IMG/VR virus record: IMGVR_UViG_3300048927_000250
Span: 151,419-215,418 of that record
DNA: 64,000 nt
Direction: 5' to 3' (one strand)
Positions 18,135-28,406 of this stretch are shown piece by piece; within the stretch, counting starts at the first letter, position 1; the number at the start of each line of letters is the position of its first letter. The notes beneath the pieces were generated by a model that had not been told where the DNA came from, made no database searches, and was given only the letters and a program-made list of their open reading frames with translations. A program made the position numbers and the translations under genes.

Positions 18135-19543
18135 TAGTGAGCCCGTCCATACATTAAGTTGTTAATGGTTGCTAGTACTGGCACACCCAGCCCCATGTTG
18201 GAAGTCATGGCGTTAGGTTTGTTCAGGTCGGCCAGACCAGATTCCGGGGACAGCTTCCGTGCAACTTTCCAGTCTTCATGAGAGAGGACCGGTTTTCCGC
18301 CCAACTGGTCGCCATCGAAGTCGGCGTTCGGACTGCGCAGTACATGCACCGAGAGAGAAATCGTGTTGTCGTGGATATTACTTTTAATCTCTGTTACGTA
18401 CAGCGCCTGAATGGAGCGTAAGTTCAGAGTTGGGTTTCGACCAAGAAGTATTGGTAACCCTTTATATCCCGATTCGCGTTTCAGTTCCTCGAAGATGTCG
18501 TGTAGCCCTGCATCGTATCGACTCATGGCTTGTATCAGGTAACCGCGTGCGCTGTTTGGCGTATAACCCCGGCGCAACAGTTTACTGATGAGTTGTGGCA
18601 TATACACTGCAATGGCCATTGCCCACGGCAAATGTATTTCGTCGTAGTCGTGCACACCCGCCAGCGAGGTAATTACCCCACGGAATGACGGACCGTCACG
18701 CGTACCGACAACCTGCTTACGAATCCACCCTTCCTTTTGTCCGATAATCTTCTTGTCCACGAATACGCGGAAGTCAATCATCATCTGGAGCGAACGGAAC
18801 ACATGGTATTCTTTTCGCGCCAACGACATGGTGTCTTCTTGTCCCACGATACTGTACAACGCGCGCGCAGCATCGACAATCGTGAACATACTTTTCACGG
18901 CGGTCTTTGCACGGGTCGACGTTTCAGTGATAATGGAACGTTTGTTTGGCAGGGGAAGATGCTTCGGGAACAACACATGGCGGTTCTCTTTGATGCACGT
19001 ATAGACATCGCGGCGACGCTGCATGTTGTTCTTAAAGATTCGGGCCGCCATCAGCGTTTCCAGAATCTCATCGAAGTTATCAATGAAATGGTTGTACCCA
19101 CGGGGAATGTTTAACGCCATGAACTGCCGATAGACAATGCTGTTCGGGTCGTCAAACTTGTAGCGCGGATTACACAGCCATTCAATGGCACTGAACCCTT
19201 CTTGCGTGAACGCTTCAAGTAGCATCCCAAGCAAGTTAGGTCGGATAAAGGCTCGCACACCTTTCGGCGTTTGTAACCACACGTCAGAATAGAATCCACG
19301 TTCCATCACTGACAGGACTTCATCTCCACAACGCTCACACACTTTAAGATGACGTCCGCGACTGTGACCACATCCACACGTTGGCATTGTGTCAATGTAA
19401 TCGCAATCGTACTCCGTAACCATCAAAGCCTTTACCACGTCGATACCTTCAACACCGGCATGGTATTGGTTCAGGATTATCGGCTCGCGCGGCAATCGTT
19501 TAATGTCTTCATCGAAGTCCGGGTTGATTAGAAATATACCCAT
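18134..19543 (-). CDS. nvRNAP beta' N-terminal/catalytic subunit (phiKZ gp55-like)
   Basis: GRNPTL and NADFDGDQ catalytic motif; N-terminal Zn ribbon CGCG...CERC. Confidence 0.95.
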   Translation of the reverse strand: MGIFLINPDFDEDIKRLPREPIILNQYHAGVEGIDVVKALMVTEYDCDYIDTMPTCGCGHSRGRHLKVCERCGDEVLSVMERGFYSDVWLQTPKGVRAFIRPNLLGMLLEAFTQEGFSAIEWLCNPRYKFDDPNSIVYRQFMALNIPRGYNHFIDNFDEILETLMAARIFKNNMQRRRDVYTCIKENRHVLFPKHLPLPNKRSIITETSTRAKTAVKSMFTIVDAARALYSIVGQEDTMSLARKEYHVFRSLQMMIDFRVFVDKKIIGQKEGWIRKQVVGTRDGPSFRGVITSLAGVHDYDEIHLPWAMAIAVYMPQLISKLLRRGYTPNSARGYLIQAMSRYDAGLHDIFEELKRESGYKGLPILLGRNPTLNLRSIQALYVTEIKSNIHDNTISLSVHVLRSPNADFDGDQLGGKPVLSHEDWKVARKLSPESGLADLNKPNAMTSNMGLGVPVLATINNLMYGRAH

Positions 19544-19582
19544 TTCTCTCTAACCTCTTATGGCTTTTTCGGTACGAAAAGA

Positions 19583-19617
19583 CAAAAAAGAAGGGGACGC
19601 GAAGTCCCCTCTTTTTT
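19583..19617. terminator. Intrinsic terminator downstream of chmA
   Basis: AGGGGAC-GCGAA-GTCCCCT with A- and T-tracts. Confidence 0.8.
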
Positions 19618-19630
19618 ATCGCACTACAAC

Positions 19631-21601
19631 TTAGCGACCGAAGCCGTAACCACCACGAGAGTTGAAGGTGTTACCGTTGTAGTTACCGGAACCGCCGAAA
19701 CGGTTGTCGAAGTAACCACGACGAACGCTGTCTTGCAGCAGACCTTCAGTCGGGATGGTCAGGCCAGCTTTATCCACCGCCTGAGTCAGTTTGTACAGCC
19801 AGTCAGGGTTAATCTGAACCAGGTACGCATGACCAGTGATGGTGTAGCTGCCGGTAACGGAAGCGATGATTTCTTCCATTTTCGCCAGACGTGCTTCTTC
19901 GCTGATGTTGCGGTTCCAGCACGCGTCATCCCACATGGCAATCGCTTCGAGGTCGCGGTTCTTCGCCAGACCGAAGTGGGTCATCATGAAGAAACGGTCC
20001 AGTTCACGCAGGTCACGGATACGACCTTTAGAATCGGTCCAGTGGCCCAGCAGGATGATGCGCTCTTCCAGAGCACCGAACGGAGTAGCTTCATCGAGGT
20101 AATCTTCGATGACGCCGCCGGTCAGACGGTGTGCCGCTTCCCACAGCTGGATACGAGCCTGACGGTGGTTCGGGTGCTTATCGTCAGCCGCTTCCAGGTA
20201 CAGACGCTGGGTACGCGTTTGCAGGCCGGATTTTTCGATGTGCAGGAAGACGTTCAGAGAATCTTCCTGAACGACCGCTTCGTTCAGCTCAGCCCACTCA
20301 ACTTCTGATGGGTCAGCTGGAATCGGCGGGTCAAACTCGACCAGCTGCTCAACTTCCAGAGCACGTGCATCACGCAGGTCAGCAGAATCGCCAACCGGGC
20401 GCAGAGATTTCACCAGGCAGTCTTCACGCATCAGAGCCGATACGGTGGACAGACCCAGCAGGTTCATCTCGGTAGTGAAGTTGTTGTTGGACGCAATCTT
20501 GGTCAGGTTCAGACCCAGTGCGTAGATGTCCAGCTCATCAACTTCACGACGACGTGCACGGCTACCGCCACGACGACGACCGCCATCTTTTGGACCCAGG
20601 TAGATGTAGTCGGTGAAACCGTCAATCTGCACCAGGTTAGAGTTACGGTTACCTTCCAGGGCGTTTACCTGACCTTTGCGGCCCGCAGGACCGGTAGTGA
20701 CTTGCAGAGACAGGTCACGACGCAGTGGTTCGCCAAAGACGGTAGAGTCATCACCCGGTGCGTAAGTTACGCGACCGCTGACTTCGTAGTTCTCTGGAAT
20801 GATATCTTCCAGCTTGAACTGGTGGTCACCCTGAGTCAGCTCATCGTACATGCTGTACGCTGCGGTGTTAATCAGGTTGGTGATAACTTCATCCACTTCA
20901 CGCTCGGAGTAACCGAAGGTGACCGGAACGGTTACCGCACCGAAGAGGACAACCGGTACATCAGCACCCAGGCCAACGTTTTTCTGCACCTGATTGATGA
21001 CGGAACCTTTGAAGCCTTCGGTCCACACATCGCTCGGTACCGCAGAGAACACGTAACGGCGCTGACCTTCAGTCACTTCCTGCTTAGGCAGCTGCTGGCG
21101 ACCCATCATGACCGCAGTGATTGCGCCGACGAATTTCACGTCGCCGTAGGTAAAGGCCGCAGCCAGGACAACTGAGTCCAGCTGGAAACCAGTCAGATGA
21201 CCCGGAACCGGAATCAGCTGCCACTTAGTTTTGCCACCCATGCTCAGACGGTTTTTGTTCGCTTCGAGGAACTTGTTACCCGCGTCGATGAATTTACCCA
21301 TCTCGTCGCCGCCAGCGGCAGACTGAATCAGCGGTTGACCAGGATTGAACATGTTCAGGATATCGTTCATTGCAGTTTTCCCTTTATAGGCTTCTGTATT
21401 AGTTTCGGTTTGTGGTACATGACGAGCTGCGACAACTTCTTCTTCGTGAGGAGCTGACGCTTGGGTATTCGGTTGCTGCTGCGAGTGCTTTTTGGCACTC
21501 TGGTGTTGGCGATACTGAGCTAACGGGTTAGGCGGGTTTTGGCGTTTGCCTTCACCTTCATCCTTATTACCGTGTTCACTATCACCAGAATTCCAACCCA
21601 T
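19631..21601 (-). CDS. chmA: Chimallin, major phage nuclear shell protein (phiKZ gp54-like)
   Basis: 656 aa, directly upstream of beta'-N and near the DNA polymerase; disordered N-tail and G/F/Y/N/R-rich C-tail; AGGAG SD. Confidence 0.8.
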   Translation of the reverse strand: MGWNSGDSEHGNKDEGEGKRQNPPNPLAQYRQHQSAKKHSQQQPNTQASAPHEEEVVAARHVPQTETNTEAYKGKTAMNDILNMFNPGQPLIQSAAGGDEMGKFIDAGNKFLEANKNRLSMGGKTKWQLIPVPGHLTGFQLDSVVLAAAFTYGDVKFVGAITAVMMGRQQLPKQEVTEGQRRYVFSAVPSDVWTEGFKGSVINQVQKNVGLGADVPVVLFGAVTVPVTFGYSEREVDEVITNLINTAAYSMYDELTQGDHQFKLEDIIPENYEVSGRVTYAPGDDSTVFGEPLRRDLSLQVTTGPAGRKGQVNALEGNRNSNLVQIDGFTDYIYLGPKDGGRRRGGSRARRREVDELDIYALGLNLTKIASNNNFTTEMNLLGLSTVSALMREDCLVKSLRPVGDSADLRDARALEVEQLVEFDPPIPADPSEVEWAELNEAVVQEDSLNVFLHIEKSGLQTRTQRLYLEAADDKHPNHRQARIQLWEAAHRLTGGVIEDYLDEATPFGALEERIILLGHWTDSKGRIRDLRELDRFFMMTHFGLAKNRDLEAIAMWDDACWNRNISEEARLAKMEEIIASVTGSYTITGHAYLVQINPDWLYKLTQAVDKAGLTIPTEGLLQDSVRRGYFDNRFGGSGNYNGNTFNSRGGYGFGR

Positions 21602-21720
21602 TTCATTTCTCCTTAAACGTACTGTGACGTTACGGTCCTTAGAGAACCTTCTATGAATTTAGCTTTTCCGGAAAGACTAAACGTTCGAATCAATTCCTAT
21701 AAAGGACTCAATTCACTACA

Positions 21721-21728
21721 GTAATGTA
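21721..21728 (-). promoter_or_regulatory. Early-type promoter variant TACATTAC upstream of chmA
   Basis: One mismatch to TATATTAC, about 120 nt upstream of the ATG. Confidence 0.55.
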
Positions 21729-21852
21729 TGCCTGAAAAAAGTTTCAAAAGGCACTTACTCCCGTTAATCCAGCATTGCCATTCTGGATGGCAATACTTTC
21801 TACATAAGATATATACAGTAACGTAAAAAATGATTACTGTACTGGGGGCGTC

Positions 21853-22926
21853 ATGTTTGAACTCTTTAGTCAGAAAACTCACGGCAATTCATCACTCCAC
21901 GTTTCACCCCGACACGAGTACGTTTCCTCACGCTTTGATGAAGCTTACGTTAGGTTGGCGCACTACTTCCGGAAATCGGTAAGAACGGTGGAGTCGGACA
22001 ATCTGCTGTGTCAGGTCATCCACCATGCAAACGTCGTGTACACGGGTAATGATGAGCAGTACTACTACGCTGTTGCCAGTCGCGTGGAAAAGATTGCCAC
22101 TGCCTTACGACTGAACACAGCTGTTCACAAAAGTGGACCGCTAGTAAAAAATCACTTCTACGGTTCGGACGTGACCGAGTACGTTCTGGCGGTGACCCGT
22201 GGTTACCCAACGGGATTGGATGCCGGGAAGTACTGGCAGTCGTTCCAACCGTTACAGGCGGTTTCCCACCCGTACAGTGACCTCAACATGAACCCCCGTA
22301 ACGGCAGCGAAACTGTTGGCGTTAAAGGTGTTGCGGTCCTGACACTTGATGTACCGTTGTTGATGCTTCAATACACCCGCTGGCGTTTGTACTGCGAGAA
22401 GTATCTGGACCAACAACCGGACATCGCCCAGTTCGTGTTCCAGTATCCGGTGGTAAACCTGATACCGTCTGACACGGACGTTTGCTACTTTAACCAGTTA
22501 CGTAACGCCGCACAAGGCCGTCCCAATGTACCGCAGAAACGGCGCTATGGGTTAGGCCTGAACGACGTCACCAACTTCGTGGAGAAAGAGCAAGCCGAGT
22601 TTCTGAAAGAAGCCATCAGTAGCAATGCTTCCATCATGGACCTGGCCTTGGGTACACCGATGGTGTTCAGTGAAACCCTGTGGGACTTCTTGCAGTTACC
22701 CCCGGGCGTGTACACGAACAAGAACTCCGGGCTCTGGTTACTCGGGTACCTGCCGTATCTGGCGTATCTGGTACAACTCAGTAAGAAAGCGGGCAGCAAC
22801 GATAACACCGCGGCAGCCGCGTATCTCAAGAAGAAGTACCGTTACTTCAAGAACGCCGGGTTCCTCAGTTCCTATCCGGGCATCGAGAAAGAAATAGATG
22901 AAGAAGTGATTAACTATCTAACATGA
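21853..22926 (+). CDS. Conserved protein, probably virion-associated
   Basis: 357 aa lone plus-strand gene between chmA and the polymerase; function inferred from position only. Confidence 0.65.
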   Translation: MFELFSQKTHGNSSLHVSPRHEYVSSRFDEAYVRLAHYFRKSVRTVESDNLLCQVIHHANVVYTGNDEQYYYAVASRVEKIATALRLNTAVHKSGPLVKNHFYGSDVTEYVLAVTRGYPTGLDAGKYWQSFQPLQAVSHPYSDLNMNPRNGSETVGVKGVAVLTLDVPLLMLQYTRWRLYCEKYLDQQPDIAQFVFQYPVVNLIPSDTDVCYFNQLRNAAQGRPNVPQKRRYGLGLNDVTNFVEKEQAEFLKEAISSNASIMDLALGTPMVFSETLWDFLQLPPGVYTNKNSGLWLLGYLPYLAYLVQLSKKAGSNDNTAAAAYLKKKYRYFKNAGFLSSYPGIEKEIDEEVINYLT

Positions 22927-25060
22927 ACGCCTCATCACGGGTGACCATGTCCATCACTAACTTCGACTGTTTCTCGTCAAAGCAATAGAACTCCAGGGAT
23001 TCCAGCACGAGGTAGAACGGGCTCATGGCTTTCGCCACGATTTTACGCACGTCAATCACGGGCAGGACTTCCTTGGGGATTCCCACGGACAGGATAATGG
23101 CTTCAGGAAGAAGCATCTCTCCCACGTACGACTTCCCACGACTGGCTAACCACGCCGTCATCTCATCAGCCGCACTGCGGTTCGACCAGGTCGCTATCCA
23201 CTGTTCGGTCTTACGTTTGGTATCCGGTGTGATACTGAACGACAAGGCGGAATACGGAGGCGGTTCACAGGCACCGTAGTTCGGTGCGAATACCCGTTGC
23301 CACATTTCGTAGTTAATGAAGCGAGAGTTCTCGGTTGAGTACCCTTCCTCTTCGTTCACTCGCGCGGTCTTCAGGTAGTCTGTTTCCCCACTCATCACAC
23401 TTTCCATTACCGTATATTCCCAACGCGCCACCATCCGGAGTATCTTGTGGATGGACACCGGCTCGTCATTCGTGACCGAGTCGATGATGTAGTGCAGTAC
23501 GCCGTCCAGGTCTTTACGGATAACCGGCGGTAAGTTCGAGGCAATCAGTTCTACGCCTTTACGTTCAAAGTCGTATTCCTTGAAGATAACCCCTTCCTGC
23601 ACGGCCATGTTCGCAAAGTAGTGTTTCGCACGCGAGGTCAGGACAAACACCGGGAACAGGTATTCGTTCTTCATCGACAAGCGGAACAACTCTTTCGGGT
23701 CAGTCACCCCGATGTTCGAAACCATGGTTGCCAGGTTATGGGTCGTGGTCTGCGAAATCAGGAAGCCGAAGGTTTCCGCCACGATGATGTTAGCGTGGTT
23801 GATGGTATCGTTACCCGAGTACCAGCGTACCCAATCCTGCACCGTGAAGATGGCGGAGTCAGTATCAGACCCGACGGTCACTTTACGGATACTGGACGGG
23901 AAGTCAGCAATCAGGAACGGGATATTGCGCGTGGTGTGGAACGCATCAATAATCCGGCGGTGGTCATGCAGGCACTGCGTAATCTCGTAGCAGGAGCTAC
24001 CGATTAACCCAAAGTTCGGGTCGTTACGCAATTCCGGGTTGTCCAGTTCTTCACGTCCCAGGATATCCGGATAGATAACCTTCACCTGGTTAATGATGTC
24101 ACCGTCTACTTTCTTCAACCAGTCTTCGTGGTCCGGTACAATGCGCGAGGCACGACAAGACAACCGGTCAATCCAGGTACGCACCAGTTCTTCGTTATAC
24201 AGACGCAGGTGGTAGAAGTCCCCCATGTACATGACGGCGGCACGTTCTTCCGGTTCCATATTGCGCACAAAACGCTCAATGTTGACCAGACCCACTCGGC
24301 CACTCCAGTACGGTTCGATAGACCGCTCCACCATTTGCATGACTTCGTCAGGCGAGGGCATATGGAGACGGTGATGCTCGCACGCGTCACGGACCATGGT
24401 AAAGTCGGTGAGGTCGAGTATCGAGGCAAAGTTATTTATCACCACCTCCGGGGAGTAGTAGTGTCGGTTACCTGCCAGGAACCGTTCGTTATGACTGTTC
24501 GCCACGCCGTTCGCAATACGGCAACTGGAGGTCAGTATCGGGTGAGTCGGACGGTCAACCAGATGCGAGTGTTCTGAACGGTGGTTACCGGAGATGGCGT
24601 TGTTCAGAATCTTTTTGTTGTTCTGGTTGTTCTTGTGCAAAGTCGCTTTGAACGCGTCACCGCGGTTCTTGGCAATCATCTGCTTATGTTTTTCTTCGTT
24701 ACGGTCAGCCAAGTTACCCTTGATGTATTTGGATAACTTCGATTCACGAATCCACGGCGGGAGAACGACCGATAACGTTGGGGCAATGTAATAGCGGTTC
24801 TTGATAACGTAGTCGAGGTACTGGGTGAACGGATACGCTTTCTTCGAGCGGTCCCCCTCCTCGTCTCGTTCCAGGACGCAGACCAGCGGGTCCTTCATCT
24901 GACTTTGCAGTTCCTGAATCACGAACACGCGACATTCGTCCATTTCTACCCCGGTCGACTTCGACAGGTAGATGGCGGTTTGTTCCACGTACGCCCGACG
25001 AATATCCAAATCGCGGCTATATTGCTCAGCCGTGCGGTTAAACGGGTTGGTTGGTTCCAT
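22910..25060 (-). CDS. Family B DNA polymerase subunit (phiKZ gp50-like)
   Basis: Motif C GSDTDS and motif B-like NNKKILNNAISG; start moved to ATG 25060 (MEPTN). Confidence 0.9.
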   Translation of the reverse strand: MEPTNPFNRTAEQYSRDLDIRRAYVEQTAIYLSKSTGVEMDECRVFVIQELQSQMKDPLVCVLERDEEGDRSKKAYPFTQYLDYVIKNRYYIAPTLSVVLPPWIRESKLSKYIKGNLADRNEEKHKQMIAKNRGDAFKATLHKNNQNNKKILNNAISGNHRSEHSHLVDRPTHPILTSSCRIANGVANSHNERFLAGNRHYYSPEVVINNFASILDLTDFTMVRDACEHHRLHMPSPDEVMQMVERSIEPYWSGRVGLVNIERFVRNMEPEERAAVMYMGDFYHLRLYNEELVRTWIDRLSCRASRIVPDHEDWLKKVDGDIINQVKVIYPDILGREELDNPELRNDPNFGLIGSSCYEITQCLHDHRRIIDAFHTTRNIPFLIADFPSSIRKVTVGSDTDSAIFTVQDWVRWYSGNDTINHANIIVAETFGFLISQTTTHNLATMVSNIGVTDPKELFRLSMKNEYLFPVFVLTSRAKHYFANMAVQEGVIFKEYDFERKGVELIASNLPPVIRKDLDGVLHYIIDSVTNDEPVSIHKILRMVARWEYTVMESVMSGETDYLKTARVNEEEGYSTENSRFINYEMWQRVFAPNYGACEPPPYSALSFSITPDTKRKTEQWIATWSNRSAADEMTAWLASRGKSYVGEMLLPEAIILSVGIPKEVLPVIDVRKIVAKAMSPFYLVLESLEFYCFDEKQSKLVMDMVTRDEAFMLDS

Positions 25061-25112
25061 TGTACAGGTCCTGTAGTCCGATACTTTTGTTCTACACCAT
25101 GACAGGAGAAAA

Positions 25113-25148
25113 TAAAAAATAAATGGGGGACCGAAGTCCCCCGCTTTA
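25113..25148 (-). terminator. Intrinsic terminator with C(UUCG)G loop
   Basis: GGGGGAC-TTCG-GTCCCCC plus U-rich tail on the minus strand. Confidence 0.8.
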
Positions 25149-25571
25149 TTACTCGAAGTTGATGGTAAAGTCGCTGATGTCCACTGACGAAATTGCCAGA
25201 CGAAGTTCAGACAACTTCGCATCACTCAAGTTAGGGAAGTAACCCACGGCATTGCGGGTAGATTCGACCGTGATACTGTCGGCACGAATCCACGGAATCC
25301 CCACCACTAACTTCGTAGTCGGGTCACCTGCCGGGGTAACTACCAGGTACTGGTAACTGGCGTAGTCCAATGGGATTTGTCCACGGGGGACGTTCTCATC
25401 AGCAATCACCTGACCATGTACTGCGGCGGCATCGAAGTTGAAGTACTTCGTGGTATCCGCAGACACTTGGTCGGTTACCTTAACACGATTGAAGGGTCCA
25501 CCTGCCAATGTGGAGTAACACTGGAAGGAGATGGTATCCCCAATTTTGAACTTGTCGAGAATCAGGCTCAC
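25149..25571 (-). CDS. Conserved beta-rich hypothetical protein
   Basis: Probable GTG start at 25571 overlapping the upstream TGA. Confidence 0.7.
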   Translation of the reverse strand: MSLILDKFKIGDTISFQCYSTLAGGPFNRVKVTDQVSADTTKYFNFDAAAVHGQVIADENVPRGQIPLDYASYQYLVVTPAGDPTTKLVVGIPWIRADSITVESTRNAVGYFPNLSDAKLSELRLAISSVDISDFTINFE

Positions 25572-25951
25572 TGCAACACCCCTTTGAATCGGTAGACTAT
25601 ACACAGAGAAGGGCCGGTAATCGGTTCAACCTTGTAACTATAGTTCTCGCCAATCGGAAGTTTGTAATGTTCGCTGATACCGTTGACAATGCGTTTCAAC
25701 ACAGACACCCACACGTCGTCGTAGTTACTCCAGGCGTCATGCGGTGAACTGCCCTCCAAAAGCACGCGCATCTGCGTGGTCACCCAACTTACGGCCATTT
25801 GGGCAGCCAACATCGGCGGCATGTCAGGGTCGTCTTTCAGGTATTCCCGGCCGACACCGTCGACCAGGTACGGAAACAGGTTACAATCACAGAGGACCGC
25901 GTTAGGGGTTTCCGTGATGTTGATTTCCGGTACTTTTCTTTTTTTGCTCAT
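25568..25951 (-). CDS. Small array protein 1
   Basis: 127 aa; strand-helices-beta-hairpin layout; 4-nt overlaps with neighbours. Confidence 0.7.
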   Translation of the reverse strand: MSKKRKVPEINITETPNAVLCDCNLFPYLVDGVGREYLKDDPDMPPMLAAQMAVSWVTTQMRVLLEGSSPHDAWSNYDDVWVSVLKRIVNGISEHYKLPIGENYSYKVEPITGPSLCIVYRFKGVLQ

Positions 25952-26322
25952 CTGCGAACGTACCTCACCACGATGGTTTGGGCTTTGAACAGAAACTTCC
26001 AGTCTGTCACCACCAGGACGTTTCGAGCGTCATCGGCTGCCACTTCATCCCACTGCTTCCGGAACATGTCAATGATACGGACTTGCGCGTCGTAAAGGAC
26101 CGTACGATACCACTCTTGTTCGCCCCGGTCGCTACTGCACCAGGTACAAGCTGTTTCCCACTCACCGCCCTGATTAGTCAGGGCTTGACGGAGCGCCCCT
26201 CCTAACCAGAGGTCGTAGTTGATGTGACAGCCCATGGGGGCCATCTCTACGACGTCATCGAGGAGCTCAAAGGCGCGCATACATTCAAATATTTGAACGC
26301 CGCTGCTACTTGGCTCTTTCAT
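25948..26322 (-). CDS. Small array protein 2
   Basis: GAGGT SD before ATG 26322; C-terminus WKFLFKAQTIVVRYV. Confidence 0.7.
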   Translation of the reverse strand: MKEPSSSGVQIFECMRAFELLDDVVEMAPMGCHINYDLWLGGALRQALTNQGGEWETACTWCSSDRGEQEWYRTVLYDAQVRIIDMFRKQWDEVAADDARNVLVVTDWKFLFKAQTIVVRYVRR

Positions 26323-26329
26323 AAATACC

Positions 26330-26758
26330 TCAGCGCTCGACAGCAATACTCACGGCAATCCCTACCCCCAGTAACTCCGCCCCCTGTACTTCATAATCCA
26401 TACGGCGGAAGTTGAAGTTAAAGTGGTCAAGGCTACCCAAGAGACCGGGCTCGATTACTGCACACAAATCACATATGGAATTAGCGCGTTCTTCCGAAAG
26501 GTCTTGCAGGTGGTCCATCAAGAAGATTTTCTCGTCACGGTACACATGACGAAGAACTTCCTCGACGGCATCTTGCAGGTCTTCGAACCAACCGCTGTCC
26601 GGTGCTTTCTCGTACGCCATGACAGCTTCGGTTGCCATCTTGATGGCTTCTGAAACAGTGAACTCATCCAGGTACCGGCGGACGAACTCACGTATCTCAC
26701 TGCGCGACAGATTAGTGTCAAAGGAGAACACTTCAACACGATGTAAAAATGAACTCAT
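26330..26758 (-). CDS. Small array protein 3
   Basis: 142 aa, GGAG SD. Confidence 0.7.
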   Translation of the reverse strand: MSSFLHRVEVFSFDTNLSRSEIREFVRRYLDEFTVSEAIKMATEAVMAYEKAPDSGWFEDLQDAVEEVLRHVYRDEKIFLMDHLQDLSEERANSICDLCAVIEPGLLGSLDHFNFNFRRMDYEVQGAELLGVGIAVSIAVER

Positions 26759-26768
26759 ATACTCTCCG

Positions 26769-27143
26769 TTAAAACGGTTTGTCGCTTTCGTCCCACTCGA
26801 ACGCCTTGACTCGAATACCCGTGCTTGTATAAGAAACGTCTACAATGGTTGCATCGGGATAATGACGTCGGATGACCGCTGTCTTGTACGACTCCCAGAG
26901 AGCCTGGGCGAATCGCTGGACATCGAGGAGTTCAACACTCCCCAAATCATCCAGACGATTACGTACAATTTGAATCTGGTAGGCGATTTCATCCAACCAG
27001 TCTCGATTAGGGTGACGATGAGCATAAAGGAATGAGGACCACGCTACCGTGTGCAAGACGCGGTAGTGTGGGGAACGTAGTAGTCGCTGATGGGTTCTAT
27101 CAACCCGATACGACGATGGTAGGACTATCCGAATGGTTCTCAT
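26769..27143 (-). CDS. Small array protein 4
   Basis: 124 aa; ATGA overlap. Confidence 0.7.
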   Translation of the reverse strand: MRTIRIVLPSSYRVDRTHQRLLRSPHYRVLHTVAWSSFLYAHRHPNRDWLDEIAYQIQIVRNRLDDLGSVELLDVQRFAQALWESYKTAVIRRHYPDATIVDVSYTSTGIRVKAFEWDESDKPF

Positions 27144-27556
27144 CGTGGTTCAAACCTCACGACCAGAATCCCTCGGGCGAAGTCAGGGGCGACCCTGACC
27201 TCCTTGATGTCTTGTACTCGGTCCGCGTAATTGTGGGTTTTGTTCCGCAACCATTTGGCCACCTGGTGTATCTCGCGATACACCTTCCCACGAATCTGCT
27301 CCACTTCGGATTCGGTCAGGTTATGACTGTCAATCCTCAGTTGGTCACAAATGGCTTCTTCCACGTAGTCGGCCAATTCGTAATACAGACTCATGCGCAT
27401 ATGGAGCCGGTCCTCGCTTTTCGCAGTGATGAAAGAAGCGAGAACAGCGGCTTTGCAGAACGTCCGGGAGCCGATAAACGATTTCATCGCGTACTCCCCG
27501 ATATCACGGTTACGTATGGCGATGTCAATGAGTTCTATTTCTTGACGTCTAGACAT
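27140..27556 (-). CDS. Small array protein 5
   Basis: 138 aa; C-terminus GILVVRFEPR. Confidence 0.7.
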   Translation of the reverse strand: MSRRQEIELIDIAIRNRDIGEYAMKSFIGSRTFCKAAVLASFITAKSEDRLHMRMSLYYELADYVEEAICDQLRIDSHNLTESEVEQIRGKVYREIHQVAKWLRNKTHNYADRVQDIKEVRVAPDFARGILVVRFEPR

Positions 27557-27567
27557 ATAACCCCTGC

Positions 27568-27939
27568 TTATTTCACACGTAAGACAATCGTATCCTTACG
27601 CCGGTTCAAGAATTCCCAACGGCTGACCAGGTGGAAACGCACTTTCCCCGTGTGTCGGTAGATAACCCCTTTTGTAAATGCCTTCGCTTCCGAAAGCATC
27701 TCTTCGGCGTCAACGCGACTCACGTCAAACATCATCAGGTCAGTCACGAAATCCATCTCCCGTTCCGTGAGACCGTACTTATCCGAAGACAAGACCGTAT
27801 CCAGGAACAGGGTGATGTGGGTTTCTAAGTTCAACTGCCCTAACAAGTCGGGAAAGCGTTCCTCTATTACACATTCGTATTTGCTGTACAACCGGTCAAC
27901 GGGAATCAGAATCAATTCGTCGCGGCGGTTACGGCTCAT
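27568..27939 (-). CDS. Small array protein 6
   Basis: Start moved to ATG 27939; C-terminus WEFLNRRKDTIVLRVK. Confidence 0.7.
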   Translation of the reverse strand: MSRNRRDELILIPVDRLYSKYECVIEERFPDLLGQLNLETHITLFLDTVLSSDKYGLTEREMDFVTDLMMFDVSRVDAEEMLSEAKAFTKGVIYRHTGKVRFHLVSRWEFLNRRKDTIVLRVK

Positions 27940-28405
27940 AGGCGATACCCTTATTAATACAGTACTGCTGGGCCCGCCAATCTCCGAACATTTCCAGAAT
28001 GAACACCTCACGGGAGTCATTGTAGAGTTCGTAGATTTGCCAGCGGCTGTGCAACGAGAATCGGGATGCATGGTCACGGATGCGGTCTTCAATCCGGTAC
28101 ATGATGTCCGACAACGTTATCGACTCCTGGTCTCGAACCGTCCCATCTCGGGTTACCCCTGGGTACGGGTAGTACCCGTCAAACCACTTCTCTATCGCGG
28201 TGTCAACATCCCAGTTGTCAGCCTGGTATTTGACGTTGCGATGACACTCATTCCAGAGAATGTTCAGGAGGGTATCCCGGGTGTCGTCGTAAGTAAGTTT
28301 GTCGCTTTTGAATCGGCGGTCAAAGGCATCGTTTCGTTCGCGCTCATGTATAATCCAGGCATGGAGTAAATCCTGCCATTGGCTCAGGTCTATCTTAAAG
28401 CGCAT
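27929..28405 (-). CDS. Small array protein 7
   Basis: GAGGAG SD before ATG 28405. Confidence 0.7.
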   Translation of the reverse strand: MRFKIDLSQWQDLLHAWIIHERERNDAFDRRFKSDKLTYDDTRDTLLNILWNECHRNVKYQADNWDVDTAIEKWFDGYYPYPGVTRDGTVRDQESITLSDIMYRIEDRIRDHASRFSLHSRWQIYELYNDSREVFILEMFGDWRAQQYCINKGIAYEP

Positions 28406-28406
28406 T

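Noticed and set aside
22910-25225. 771-aa polymerase with the ORF-track start at 25225
   Set aside because: The extra 55 codons overlap the upstream gene and its terminator; ATG 25060 with an AGGA SD is more plausible.
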